Below are positions 8,451 to 18,295 of a stretch of DNA of 37,373 nt, piece after piece. This stretch comes from Candidatus Aenigmatarchaeota archaeon. Lineage in GTDB: Archaea > Aenigmatarchaeota > Aenigmatarchaeia > JACPZZ01. The notes under the pieces were generated by a model that saw nothing but the letters and a program-made list of their open reading frames with translations, was not told the DNA's origin and ran no database searches. Every line of letters begins with the position of its first letter. Within the stretch, counting starts at the first letter, position 1. A program made the translations under genes and the position numbers. Location of the stretch: contig JAZDLW010000017.1 in NCBI GenBank assembly GCA_043801595.1, forward strand, positions 1-37,373, in the 5' to 3' direction.

Positions 8451-9338
8451 ATGAGAAAGGATCTCATCAATGCTGTTGAAGACGAATTTATTAACGCGGA
8501 TTACCGAGTCGCATTATCGAGAGGTTCGTTTGACGTTGTCGCGGCCGGTAACAATTCAATACTAGTAAAGGTTTTATCAAACATCGACTCTGCCACAGAG
8601 ACGCAGGCAAAAAGCCTTTTGACCGCAGCCCGTTCGATCGATGCGAAGCCGATGTTCGTGGGAACGAAAACGCGCAAAGGCGAGATGGAGGAACTGGTAT
8701 ACCATCGCTTTGGGGTGCCCGCAATCGCGATAAACAGCCTGCAGGACATAATCGCGAACAGGAAAATATTCAGCCACGCGGGAAAGGGCGGAAGCGTTGT
8801 TTACATTGACGGCGCAAAGATGCGGGCGAACCGAAAAAAACTCGGATTATCGCTTGGCGACGTGTCGCGCGAGGTCGGAGTTTCGAGAACGTCGATAATA
8901 TACTATGAAAACAACGGGCGGGCGCGTCCGGAGATTGTGGAAAAAATCGAGTGTTTACTCGGCTCGCCTGTCGCGATCAACGAACTGCACGCAGCGAATG
9001 CCGAAACTTACGAAAAACCGAAAGGGCTCGAGGCTGTTGTTTCGAGAAAATTAAGCAGGATCGGGTTTTCGACAATGCAAATTTCAAAAGCTGTGTTCAA
9101 CCTTGTCGCGAGAAGCGAAAACGTAATACTTGCCAACGTGTCCGAAAACAACAACACATTCCGCAAAGATGCCCAGATGCTTCACGATATATCCGAGATA
9201 ACCGGAAAGCGCGCGGTGTTCGTGTCGCAAAAATTTTTCAGAAGAAGCGTTGAAGGCGTGCCGGTAATAATGAGAAGCGAGCTCGAAGAAATAAACGAAA
9301 TCGAGGCGCTGGAAGAGCTGATAGAGGACCGGATTTAA
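8451..9338 (+). CDS. Archaeal HTH transcriptional regulator (COG1395/PRK04140-like)
   Basis: FDVVA...VKVLSNIDS, VYHRFGVPAI, central Xre-type HTH (RKKLGLSLGDVSREVGVSRTSIIYYE), C-terminal VEGVPVI...EL. Confidence 0.9.
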   Translation: MRKDLINAVEDEFINADYRVALSRGSFDVVAAGNNSILVKVLSNIDSATETQAKSLLTAARSIDAKPMFVGTKTRKGEMEELVYHRFGVPAIAINSLQDIIANRKIFSHAGKGGSVVYIDGAKMRANRKKLGLSLGDVSREVGVSRTSIIYYENNGRARPEIVEKIECLLGSPVAINELHAANAETYEKPKGLEAVVSRKLSRIGFSTMQISKAVFNLVARSENVILANVSENNNTFRKDAQMLHDISEITGKRAVFVSQKFFRRSVEGVPVIMRSELEEINEIEALEELIEDRI

Positions 9339-9506
9339 TTCGCACACAATTGGGCTATCTAATGAAGTAATAGATATGGCGTACTATGAAGCGTTATTTT
9401 TTAATTCTTGCCCGTACGGGAGAAACTGCGATAAAGGCTCCATTCAATTCACGGTTTCGATAAAGGTCGGCGCAAAGCATTTAAGCCTGCCAGCTTTGTT
9501 ATTAGC

Positions 9507-10103
9507 ATGCAGGAATACGAGGATATCATAAGATCCGAGACAGAAAAATCGCGCATGACCAAATTTCTCACAGTATCCAATGATACGTACGACTATGCCA
9601 TTCTTCCGCTTGAACGAAGAATGACGCATAAATTCAGAAACGCGGTTGCGGATGCGTTGCTGTACATGCTCGAAGAAGAGTTGAAAAATTCAAACGTGAT
9701 TCTTTTACCGGAGGCGAAGGCTTTTCTGCTGACAACATTCGCCGACAAAACCGGATTGACAGTGGTTCCGATAAGAAAGCGCGACTACAGAATACCAGAC
9801 CAGATAACAATTGAACAGAAAAAAGCTTACAAAGGGGCGGCCGACATGTTCTGCGTTGGCCTGGAAAGGGGCGACAGGCCTCTTCTTGTCGAAGATACAA
9901 TCTCGTCCGGAGGGACCGCCATGGCTGTGGAAAGCGCGATGCGAAGAAGCGGCTTTCCCCTTGTCGGAATAGGAACACTTTATGCGCGCGGTGACGGTGT
10001 GGAAAATATCCTCAAAAAAACAGGCTATGTTGCAAAAGCCTACGCAAGATTCGAGGTTCTAGATAACATGCCCCGTATAACAAGTTTTTACAGGAGATTG
10101 TAA
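9507..10103 (+). CDS. Type I phosphoribosyltransferase (purine PRTase-like)
   Basis: PRPP-binding loop LLVEDTISSGGT; PEAKAF and IRKRDY motifs. Confidence 0.88.
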   Translation: MQEYEDIIRSETEKSRMTKFLTVSNDTYDYAILPLERRMTHKFRNAVADALLYMLEEELKNSNVILLPEAKAFLLTTFADKTGLTVVPIRKRDYRIPDQITIEQKKAYKGAADMFCVGLERGDRPLLVEDTISSGGTAMAVESAMRRSGFPLVGIGTLYARGDGVENILKKTGYVAKAYARFEVLDNMPRITSFYRRL

Positions 10104-10140
10104 GACAAAACCCAAAACCGGGTTCTGTCTGATATGCGGT

Positions 10141-10177
10141 TGTTTTGGCTAAAACGCTGTTTTAGCCAAGAACAGTT
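10141..10177. terminator. Hairpin between convergent genes
   Basis: TGTTTTGGCTAAA ... TTTAGCCAAGAACA inverted repeat between the 3' ends of the PRTase and SRPBCC genes. Confidence 0.45.
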
Positions 10178-10195
10178 GCTAAAAACCGCCGCAGC

Positions 10196-10582
10196 TTATT
10201 GTTTTTCAATGACTTTTTTGAGTTTCTCTAAAACAACAGGAGAGAGTGGTTCTTCTAAATCGCCTTCATCAACCCACTCAAAATATGTGAGTTTTGTTTT
10301 ATTATCAGAAATTGGTTCGTATGTATAACGAACATAGTATGAACCGTTCTTTTGCTTCAGTTCGAATGCTTTGTTTAGTTCGAACCGAGTAACCTGATAT
10401 TCTGTCCACTTGCCCTGCTTATTGAGATTCTTGTATTCGGTTCCTAATCTTATGTGGGATTCGTTCGTTTCTTCACAGACAACTGTATTAATCCATGAGG
10501 GTGTATTGGCGGGGTTTACCGTAAACTCGAAGACCTTTGGACAAGGACAATCGATTTCGATTACTATTTTATTTTCTTTCAC
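10196..10582 (-). CDS. SRPBCC / polyketide cyclase-like protein
   Basis: IEIDCPCPKVFEFTVNPANTPSW at the N-terminus, YTYEP....TKLTY, and the C-terminal helix LEKLKKVIE. Confidence 0.88.
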   Translation of the reverse strand: MKENKIVIEIDCPCPKVFEFTVNPANTPSWINTVVCEETNESHIRLGTEYKNLNKQGKWTEYQVTRFELNKAFELKQKNGSYYVRYTYEPISDNKTKLTYFEWVDEGDLEEPLSPVVLEKLKKVIEKQ

Positions 10583-10719
10583 ACATCACGTACAAACTTT
10601 GTTTTAATAAGCCAAACCGATTATTCTTCAGATCCGGCTTCTAAAGCGATCGTGCAACGACCGCCCTTGACAATGGTAAAAGCAACCGATAACTGGACAA
10701 TACCCAAAACCGGCAGGTA

Positions 10720-10797
10720 TTTATATAAGCTCTTTTACATAAATTTAGTGTTCTGATGACTGGGATGGGCAACGCCCATTCCGAACAATGTGGAGGT
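10720..10797 (+). promoter_or_regulatory. Thermosome TATA box, structured leader and Shine-Dalgarno
   Basis: TTTATATA at 10721-10728; hairpin GGGATGGGC-AAC-GCCCATTCC at 10762-10782; GGAGGT at 10792-10797. Confidence 0.65.
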
Positions 10798-10804
10798 TTT
10801 TGAT

Positions 10805-12460
10805 ATGGTGAATGCAACTATGGGACAAATCAACGGACAACCTGTTTTAATTTTGCCAGAGGGCGCGCTGCGAACAACAGGCAGGGATGCGCAGAGAAAC
10901 AATATTGCGGCTGCGAAGGCTGTTGGCGATGCTATACGAACAACACTCGGACCGCGCGGAATGGATAAGATGCTCGTGGATTCACTTGGTGATGTTGTGA
11001 TAAGCAATGACGGCGCAACGATCCTCGGCGCGATGGAAATCGAACACCCTGCCGCAAAAATGATGGTTGAAATATCAAAGACGCAGGACGAGGAGGTTGG
11101 CGATGGCACGACAACGGTTGTTGTTCTCGCCAGCACGATGCTGAAAAAGGCGGAAGATCTTCTTGACCAGGAAGTCCATCCCACAGTGATAACAAAAGGC
11201 TACAGGTCGGCGAAAGAGAAGGCGCTTGAAATTTTGAAAAGCATTGCAAAAAGCGTTTCGATGAAAGACGAGACAAAACTCGTACAGATCGCTGTCACGG
11301 CCATGAACAGCAAAGCTGTTGGCGAGAATCAGGAAAAGCTTGCAAAAATTGTTGTGCAGGCGGTAAAAGAAATTTCCGAAACAACCGACAACAAAGTCAC
11401 GATCGACGTTGAGAATGTAAAGCTTGAAAAAAGACAGGGCGGTTCGATAAGCGACACCGAACTGATAAGGGGGATAGCGATAGACAAGGACGTTGTTCAC
11501 CCGTCAATGCCGAAAAAACTCACGGATGCAAAGATCGCGCTGCTCGACGTCGCATTAGAAGTCAAGGAGCTGGAAACTGATGCAGAGATAAGGATAACGT
11601 CGCCTGAGCAGATGCAATCGTTCCTTGCAGAAGAGGAAAAAATGCTGAAGGACATGGTTGAGAAAATCGCAGTGACAGGCGCTAACGTTGTGTTTTCACA
11701 GAAAGGGATTGATGATGCTGCGCAACATTACATGGCAAAGAAGGGAATAATGGCTGCGAGAAGAGTTAAAAAATCCGACATGGACAAACTCGCAAGAGCG
11801 ACAGGCGCGAAAGTCACGTCGAACATAAACGACCTTTCGGCAGGCGATTTGGGTTACGCCGGTTTGGTCGAAGAGAAAAAAATCGCGGGCGAACAGATGA
11901 TATTCGTGCAGAAGTGCAAGGATCCGAAGGCGGTTACGATTCTAATCCGCGGCGGTTCGGAGCATATTGTTGACGAAGTCGAACGCGCAGTAAACGACGC
12001 GATAAAGGGTGTGGCTGCGACAATCGAAATGGGAAAATATGTAGCCGGCGGCGGCGCTCCTGAGGCTGAGATAGCGAGACTTCTTCGAAAATTCGCCGAA
12101 AGCTTCCCCGGGCGCGAGCAACTTGCAATAAACGCTTTTGCCGATGCTATGGAAATTATTCCGCGCACGCTTGCAGAAAATGCGGGATTGGACACAATAG
12201 ACATGCTCGTTAAACTCCGTGCCGAGCACGACGCGGGCAATGTTTCTGCGGGTGTTGATGTTCTGGCAGGCAAGATAAGCGATATGGAAAAACTTAACGT
12301 GATAGACCCGTTGAAAACGAAAATACAGGCAATAAGTTCCGCATCCGAGGCTGCGGAAATGATACTCAGGATAGACGACGTGATTTCCGCAAGCAAGCTG
12401 AACAAAGGCGGCGGAATGCCGCCAGGCGGCATGCCGGGCATGGGCGAAGGCGAGATGTAA
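10805..12460 (+). CDS. ths: Thermosome subunit (group II chaperonin)
   Basis: [33 protein letters not shown] and a GGM-rich tail; ATG 10805 lies 7 nt after the SD. Confidence 0.98.
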   Translation: MVNATMGQINGQPVLILPEGALRTTGRDAQRNNIAAAKAVGDAIRTTLGPRGMDKMLVDSLGDVVISNDGATILGAMEIEHPAAKMMVEISKTQDEEVGDGTTTVVVLASTMLKKAEDLLDQEVHPTVITKGYRSAKEKALEILKSIAKSVSMKDETKLVQIAVTAMNSKAVGENQEKLAKIVVQAVKEISETTDNKVTIDVENVKLEKRQGGSISDTELIRGIAIDKDVVHPSMPKKLTDAKIALLDVALEVKELETDAEIRITSPEQMQSFLAEEEKMLKDMVEKIAVTGANVVFSQKGIDDAAQHYMAKKGIMAARRVKKSDMDKLARATGAKVTSNINDLSAGDLGYAGLVEEKKIAGEQMIFVQKCKDPKAVTILIRGGSEHIVDEVERAVNDAIKGVAATIEMGKYVAGGGAPEAEIARLLRKFAESFPGREQLAINAFADAMEIIPRTLAENAGLDTIDMLVKLRAEHDAGNVSAGVDVLAGKISDMEKLNVIDPLKTKIQAISSASEAAEMILRIDDVISASKLNKGGGMPPGGMPGMGEGEM

Positions 12461-12464
12461 ATAA

Positions 12465-12547
12465 CATAGGAAACAATGGTTTCCTATGCATGACGTAGGA
12501 AAATCGTTTATTTTCCTACGCACGGAAACCTATGGTTTCCGTTGTTT
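12465..12547 (+). repeat. Composite palindromic element (family A): three tandem hairpins
   Basis: CATAGGAAAC/GTTTCCTATG, CGTAGGAAAAT/ATTTTCCTACG and ACGGAAACC/GGTTTCCGT, then TGTTT. Confidence 0.88.
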
Positions 12548-12646
12548 GCATTGCAAATCATTGCGAACTTTCTCTGATTTTCCCTGAAAAGTCCTGACCA
12601 ATCGCCCAGAATAAGTATTTATTGGTAGAAATCAAAATCTACTTTA

Positions 12647-13141
12647 ATGAGCGAAACTCCTGATTCTGAAGAGTACGAAATCATAGCTTTATCTCCAATT
12701 AGAAGATTGGAAAGGCGTATTGACCAGATTGAAGGCGGAACAAGCGCAAAGGAAATGAACAAACTTGTTGACGAGATGATAGAGCTGATCAAGGCAAACC
12801 AGCAGATTGTTGATGATCTTGTCCGCGCAAACTTGGACCTGAGAAACGAGATCTCAAGAATACCCTCGAAAATCGACGAACTGCTTGGAACGCTGAATGA
12901 ATTCGTTTCATTACTAAAAGCTGCTTCACAAGAGGAAGTAACGGGTATGTCTACAGATGCTATGAAACCGGTGACGGAAGGATTAAACCAGATTGTCGAA
13001 TATAACAAAAAAATGGTAGAGACCAATCAGGTGATGATCGGATCGTTGGATGCGATTGATAAGAGATTGAAAAGACTCTACGTTGTGCCACCGAGGCCAA
13101 CAATAGGGACAACAATGAGCACACCTTTAATAAGAAGATAA
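12647..13141 (+). CDS. Coiled-coil hypothetical protein heading the pilus gene cluster
   Basis: 164 aa, heptad-rich, no TM helix; TTTATT box about 30 nt upstream. Confidence 0.75.
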   Translation: MSETPDSEEYEIIALSPIRRLERRIDQIEGGTSAKEMNKLVDEMIELIKANQQIVDDLVRANLDLRNEISRIPSKIDELLGTLNEFVSLLKAASQEEVTGMSTDAMKPVTEGLNQIVEYNKKMVETNQVMIGSLDAIDKRLKRLYVVPPRPTIGTTMSTPLIRR

Positions 13142-13169
13142 TGACAATTTAATGTAATTGCTGATATTT

Positions 13170-13412
13170 ATGCCAAGAATTGAAAAAATGAAGACTGGTG
13201 TTTTTGTCGATGTTTTTGTTGTGATTATCGGCGCGATATTGGTCGTAACCGGGTATCTTGTGATGGTTCTGATGACCGCGGTGCAGCAGGATACTGTTTC
13301 GAGAAGCATATTGATGCTTTCCCTGCTCGCGATTGTTTCGAGCATGATACAGTTAGCATCGCTTGCAATGCTTGGTAAGATTCGCGAAAATTTGAGGGGT
13401 GCAAAAAGATGA
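13170..13412 (+). CDS. Small 2-TM protein (paralog of 13851-14075)
   Basis: Two hydrophobic helices; start is ATG 13170 or 13188; ATGA overlap with the pilin gene. Confidence 0.72.
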   Translation: MPRIEKMKTGVFVDVFVVIIGAILVVTGYLVMVLMTAVQQDTVSRSILMLSLLAIVSSMIQLASLAMLGKIRENLRGAKR

Positions 13413-13840
13413 AAAAGGGAATAACGCCTGTAATATCGCTGATAATGCTGATGCTGATTACTGTCGGAATGGTAGGCGTTGCCTATGCTTGGTTCTCCAA
13501 TTTACTCACAACGCAAACTGAAAAAGGAATTTCAATACCGCCGGGCGGGTCGTTCTGTGCAGCTGTGGGCGGAAACAACAAGATAAGCATTTTGATACAG
13601 AACAACGGCGCAACCAGCGACATAAGCACGGCTGTTGGCGGTGACGTGATAATTTTGCAGATTGACGGCACTGATGTAGGAAGCGATGTATCAAGGCAAA
13701 GCGTGACAATACCGGCTGGAAGCGGAAAACTTATTGTAAACGGATATGCGTGCGGTGGCACGGCATGTACCGCTGGCGTACACAATATCCGAGTCGGCAC
13801 GCGCACAGGTATAGTCGAATCGAGTGCATACTGCAAGTAA
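13409..13840 (+). CDS. Type IV pilin (class III signal peptide)
   Basis: MKKG|ITPVISLIMLMLITVGMVGVAYAWF; head domain with 4 Cys. Confidence 0.92.
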   Translation: MKKGITPVISLIMLMLITVGMVGVAYAWFSNLLTTQTEKGISIPPGGSFCAAVGGNNKISILIQNNGATSDISTAVGGDVIILQIDGTDVGSDVSRQSVTIPAGSGKLIVNGYACGGTACTAGVHNIRVGTRTGIVESSAYCK

Positions 13841-13850
13841 GCTGATTAAA

Positions 13851-14075
13851 ATGGCAAAAAACCATACGCGAAAGACTTTGACAAATACATTCATTGTGGC
13901 AATAGGCGTTCTGCTCGTTGTCGGCGGTTACATACTGATAGGCGTAATGAGCATTTTACCGCAGAATGACAATGTGACAAGGGCGCTTGTAATGCTCGCA
14001 GTTCTTGTCATTTTATCGAGCATAGCACAACTCGCAACGTTTTCGATAATAGCGAGCACCAGAGAGGGCAGATAA
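13851..14075 (+). CDS. Small 2-TM protein (paralog of 13170-13412)
   Basis: FIVAIGVLLVVGGY...VTRALVMLAVLVILSSIAQLA aligns by eye with FVVIIGAILVVTGY...VSRSILMLSLLAIVSSMIQLA; start corrected to ATG 13851. Confidence 0.75.
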   Translation: MAKNHTRKTLTNTFIVAIGVLLVVGGYILIGVMSILPQNDNVTRALVMLAVLVILSSIAQLATFSIIASTREGR

Positions 14076-14077
14076 CT

Positions 14078-14545
14078 GTGTTAAGAAAAGGCATAACCCC
14101 GGTAATATCGCTAATAATGCTGATGCTGATTACTGTCGGAATAGTCGGAATTGCGTATGCCTGGTTTTCCGGCTTGACAAATGCCACAACAGAGGACGCT
14201 GTTTCAATACCGCCTGGTGGGGCGTATTGCTACAAACTCGGCGGAAACAATTATATCGCTGTTATGGTGCAGAACAACGGCGCACAGAGCACAATAATGC
14301 CTGCGGATATTATAGTTGCAACAATAAACGGCATTGACTGCACATCCACATTATATCCGGCAGGGTTGGGCGTTCCCACGTACTTCCCGTCAGCCGGCAT
14401 AGCGCCTGGAAAGGCTGCAACGGTTTTCGCAGGAAGAGGTAACGCGGCATTATGCGCAAACGGAACGACTTACAGTCAGGGAACTTACCAAGTGATTGTC
14501 GGTACTAAAACCAACTTGGCGCAGACACAAGTAATCTGCAAGTAA
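14078..14545 (+). CDS. Type IV pilin (class III signal peptide)
   Basis: MLRKG|ITPVISLIMLMLITVGIVGIAYAWF; shares SIPPGG..C, QNNGA and terminal CK with 13409. Confidence 0.92.
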   Translation: MLRKGITPVISLIMLMLITVGIVGIAYAWFSGLTNATTEDAVSIPPGGAYCYKLGGNNYIAVMVQNNGAQSTIMPADIIVATINGIDCTSTLYPAGLGVPTYFPSAGIAPGKAATVFAGRGNAALCANGTTYSQGTYQVIVGTKTNLAQTQVICK

Positions 14546-14589
14546 TATTAATTTACCTGCTTCTACAAAGATAATACAAGTGTGATGCT

Positions 14590-15264
14590 GTGAAATCAGG
14601 ATTTTTTAAAGGTCAGAGCGAAGTAATCACTTTTGTTTTACTTGGCGGTGTGATTGTTTCACTGGTCGGCGCTGCGTACATGTGGGGCGCGCCGCTGACA
14701 GAGAAACGAAGCTCGATGGCAGAAGCGGAAAGCGTGCAGGCATTTTTTAATGTCCTAAATTCGAAGATAACGGACATGTCGCAGACGTGCTCTGGAACGT
14801 GCACAGAAACGATAACGCTCACGCCGAAAGGCGTTTTCAGCGTTTTCAACAATGAAAGGTATTATCTTTCCCGGCCCGCTCCCGGAGGCACTGAGCATAA
14901 CGAATACAACAACAGCGTTACGCTTACAACGAACGCTGCGAGAAGCATATACGCGCTTGACAGATGGATAGGCTTGAATACCGGAAACGTCGGCAAGGTT
15001 GCAACCTTTGGCGAGGACGACGGCGTGATAATGATCAGGATGGTAAAGAATGCTGCGGGTGACCACAACGCTTTATACAGGTTGTGGTACAGGGAAATCG
15101 ATACTCTTAAAAAAGGCTACTTGGTCGAACTGGAAACGGGCAATGTGCAAAACGCAACTGCAGGCAAGATGACAATAACGTACGACGGAAGATTCGTGGT
15201 CGCGAACGGCGCGGCAAACGGAAAGGACCTAGAAATAAGCAGGATAAAAGTCGACTTCGCATAA
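14590..15264 (+). CDS. Minor pilin-like protein
   Basis: FFKG|QSEVITFVLLGGVIVSLVGAAYMWG class III-like signal. Confidence 0.82.
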   Translation: MKSGFFKGQSEVITFVLLGGVIVSLVGAAYMWGAPLTEKRSSMAEAESVQAFFNVLNSKITDMSQTCSGTCTETITLTPKGVFSVFNNERYYLSRPAPGGTEHNEYNNSVTLTTNAARSIYALDRWIGLNTGNVGKVATFGEDDGVIMIRMVKNAAGDHNALYRLWYREIDTLKKGYLVELETGNVQNATAGKMTITYDGRFVVANGAANGKDLEISRIKVDFA

Positions 15265-15292
15265 ACTTTCTTAGAAAGAAAGTTTAATCAAA
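15262..15292 (+). repeat. Family B palindrome (TAAACTT..AAGTTTAATCAA)
   Basis: TAAACTTTCTT-AGA-AAGAAAGTTTA-ATCAAA; its first TAA is the stop codon of the upstream gene. Confidence 0.8.
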
Positions 15293-15347
15293 GAAGCGAG
15301 AGTTTAACCAAAACAACCTTTTTTGTATGATTTGACAAGTTAGTGTT

Positions 15348-15782
15348 ATGAAGGGACAATACCAGATCTTTGAACAGGTAATAATATTCGGAATAGGACT
15401 GATAATTCTAACAAGCGTTTTCGCGATTTTCAACCTGCTAGGCGAGCAGGTAAACGTCATAGCGATACACGACAATTTCAAGGATGTCGGTCTGGTCGCA
15501 GCTTCAAACATCATAGAGCTCTACGGACAGGGAAAATACTTTTACAATGCGACTGCCAAGCTTTATGTGCCAAAGGTCATAGGAAACCGTTTGTACGAAT
15601 TGAGCATTGACAAAAATGGGGTTCACGTTAACGCAACAGACTCCGGTATATACAGGTCAATAATAGGCTTGTACAACCTGAACGGAACTGTTTTAAAACT
15701 AAGGGGAGTTGAACTGAGCATGCAATCGCCCCTGAAACTCATATTTTACAATTACACCAAAGAAGTTGTGCTCCAAAGATGA
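15348..15782 (+). CDS. Minor pilin-like protein
   Basis: MKG|QYQIFEQVIIFGIGLIIL class III-like signal. Confidence 0.82.
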   Translation: MKGQYQIFEQVIIFGIGLIILTSVFAIFNLLGEQVNVIAIHDNFKDVGLVAASNIIELYGQGKYFYNATAKLYVPKVIGNRLYELSIDKNGVHVNATDSGIYRSIIGLYNLNGTVLKLRGVELSMQSPLKLIFYNYTKEVVLQR

Positions 15783-15835
15783 CAGGCGTCGTTTTTTAAG
15801 TTCATGGACTGCCAATAGATTATAATTGGGATAAT

Positions 15836-18295
15836 TTGACAGCAACTTTAAACGCTATCATGAGAAGGGCGGCTGCGAAAAAAGCCGCCTCGACTGTCGT
15901 CGACAATGAAATTGCCAGCGAAACGAATATAACAAAAAGCGTGGGCAAAGTAATGCTTAAGGTAGCAGAAGCAAAAAAAGACGGGGCGAAGGATTACACA
16001 ATACCAAAGGCGAAAGTGAAACTCGTTGTAAAAAGACTGTTCGGGGTGTCGAAGAACGTAAAAATCGGCCTTCCGGTTGAGAATATTGTAAAAAACCCGC
16101 ACGTGCTCAAACGAACAGCTGAAAAATACGGCGTATCGGAAGCGTCAATAGAGGATTTGTACGAACGGATAAGAAGGCTCGAAGAAAACTCGCTCAAAGC
16201 GAGCCTTAGGCCAGAGGACATAATATCGCTTCGCAACGAAATTTCATCAATGAAAACGATGCCTGATTTTGGAAGGCTCGGAGACATAGAAGAAGTGCGG
16301 CAAAGCCTTGCGTCGATTGAAAGCAAGATAGGCGACGCGCCGGAATCGACGGACAAATTAAGGGACGCGGAGATAGAACGCGACAGTCTGATAAAATCCA
16401 AGGAAGAACTTGAGAAAAAATATTATAAACGGGAGGTTGATGCGGACACATTCAAAAAAATAATGCAGGATTACGAGCAGAAACTCATACAGACAGAGCA
16501 AAAGATAAAGAGTTACAAACAGCTCGCGCCGAGCGAGCCAAGGTTTGACATGAACCGCGTTTTTGGCAAGTATTCAAGGGGCTACAAGGCTGTCTTCTTC
16601 CCGCAAAACGCACAGCCGCAATGGGCGATGCAAGCCCAGATGGTTGCTCCGCAGCAGTTTTCTCAAATGCAACAAACCGTACAACCGCAACAACGCGTTG
16701 CCGAACCGCAAATAATTGTTCCAAAAACCGTAATCGACGGAATAAGCATACCACAGAAAGAACCGAAACCGTTTGAAGTTAATGAGGATGAAGCGGAGGA
16801 CATGATGAAAATAAACACGATCTATCCGCTCATTCCCAGAAAGCCCGCGAAGGGCGAGATAGTTTACGCGTACACCAACATAAAATGGGATTCGCAGGAA
16901 AATGCGCTGATTTACAACGTGTTCGAACCAGTGCTCACGCCGGAAGAGAAACGAATACTTGCAAGAAGCAAGGACATTCTCGAGGAAAGATTAAACATAG
17001 ACCTACGAAAGCTGAGGAAAGCGGAAGCTGTGAGTTACCTGATGCGCCAAACGGACGATGTGTTTTCCGTAATGGGAATCAAACTTGGCACTAAAAGGGT
17101 GGATGTCTTAAAATATTATATCAAAAGGGATTTCGCCGGGCTTGAAAGAATCGAGCCGCTGATGAACGATCCGAACATAGAAGACATAAGCTGCGACGGG
17201 ACGAATATCCCGTTGTTCATATTCCACAAAAATCCGATGATAGGATCGATAAGGACGAATATAAAATTCCAGGACCAGAAATCACTGGACACGTTTGCAA
17301 TAAAACTGTCCCAAAGAGCGGGAAAGAACATATCCATGGCTGAGCCTTTGCTCGATGGCATACTGGCGGACGGTTCGCGTGTGCAAGCCACGTTAGGCAC
17401 GGACATAGCGATGCGGGGGTCGAATTTCACAATAAGAAAATTTACAGACGTGCCCCTGACGCCGATAGATCTCATAAACTTCGGAACGGTAAATGCAACG
17501 TCGCTTGCTTATTTGTGGATCGCGGTCGAGAACGGAAAATCGGTTCTTATCGGCGGTTCGACGGCGTCCGGAAAGACTACGATGCTGAATGTGCTGTCGC
17601 TTTTCATAAAACCCAACAAAAAGATTGTCAGTATAGAGGACACGCCCGAATTGCGTTTACCGCATCCACACTGGGTACCCGAGGTTGCGAGAACGGCCAT
17701 ATCAGATAACGAGGGCAAAAAGATCGGAGAGGTCGATATGTTCGACCTTTTGAAGGAAAGCCTGAGGCAGAGGCCGGACTATATTATCGTAGGCGAGGTG
17801 AGAGGCAAAGAGGCGTATGTGCTGTTCCAGCAGATTGCATCCGGCCACCCGGGAATGTCGACAATACACGCGGACAGCATCTCGAAACTCGTAGATCGTT
17901 TAACGACGCCTCCGATAAACCTGCCCGGAAATCTCATACAAAATCTTGACATATTGGTTTTTACTGACACAACCTCGTTCAAGAACAAAAACGTCAGAAA
18001 AGTGGACACAATAATGGAAATAGTCGGTTATGAGAACGGCGCGCCTATCGGCAATCTAGTTTTCAAGTGGGATCCTGCCAAAAAATATCTGAAAGCGGTC
18101 GGCAATAGTGCGGTGCTTAAAAAAATAGCGTACTCAAGCAACACTTCCGAGACTGCGATGCAGGAAGAGGTCAGTAACAGGGTGAAGGTGCTGGAATGGA
18201 TGCAGGAAAAGGGAATAAGCGACTTTGCTTCTGTTGCAAAAGTATTCAGCATGTACAACTCCGACCCGGAAAAAGTGCTTGGAATGGCCGAGTGA
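15836..18295 (+). CDS. Type IV pilus assembly ATPase (PilB/TadA/FlaI family) with long N-terminal extension
   Basis: DPNIEDISCDG, Walker A GSTASGKTT, SIEDTPEL, LRQRPDYIIVGEVRG, SGHPGMSTIHA. Confidence 0.95.
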   Translation: MTATLNAIMRRAAAKKAASTVVDNEIASETNITKSVGKVMLKVAEAKKDGAKDYTIPKAKVKLVVKRLFGVSKNVKIGLPVENIVKNPHVLKRTAEKYGVSEASIEDLYERIRRLEENSLKASLRPEDIISLRNEISSMKTMPDFGRLGDIEEVRQSLASIESKIGDAPESTDKLRDAEIERDSLIKSKEELEKKYYKREVDADTFKKIMQDYEQKLIQTEQKIKSYKQLAPSEPRFDMNRVFGKYSRGYKAVFFPQNAQPQWAMQAQMVAPQQFSQMQQTVQPQQRVAEPQIIVPKTVIDGISIPQKEPKPFEVNEDEAEDMMKINTIYPLIPRKPAKGEIVYAYTNIKWDSQENALIYNVFEPVLTPEEKRILARSKDILEERLNIDLRKLRKAEAVSYLMRQTDDVFSVMGIKLGTKRVDVLKYYIKRDFAGLERIEPLMNDPNIEDISCDGTNIPLFIFHKNPMIGSIRTNIKFQDQKSLDTFAIKLSQRAGKNISMAEPLLDGILADGSRVQATLGTDIAMRGSNFTIRKFTDVPLTPIDLINFGTVNATSLAYLWIAVENGKSVLIGGSTASGKTTMLNVLSLFIKPNKKIVSIEDTPELRLPHPHWVPEVARTAISDNEGKKIGEVDMFDLLKESLRQRPDYIIVGEVRGKEAYVLFQQIASGHPGMSTIHADSISKLVDRLTTPPINLPGNLIQNLDILVFTDTTSFKNKNVRKVDTIMEIVGYENGAPIGNLVFKWDPAKKYLKAVGNSAVLKKIAYSSNTSETAMQEEVSNRVKVLEWMQEKGISDFASVAKVFSMYNSDPEKVLGMAE

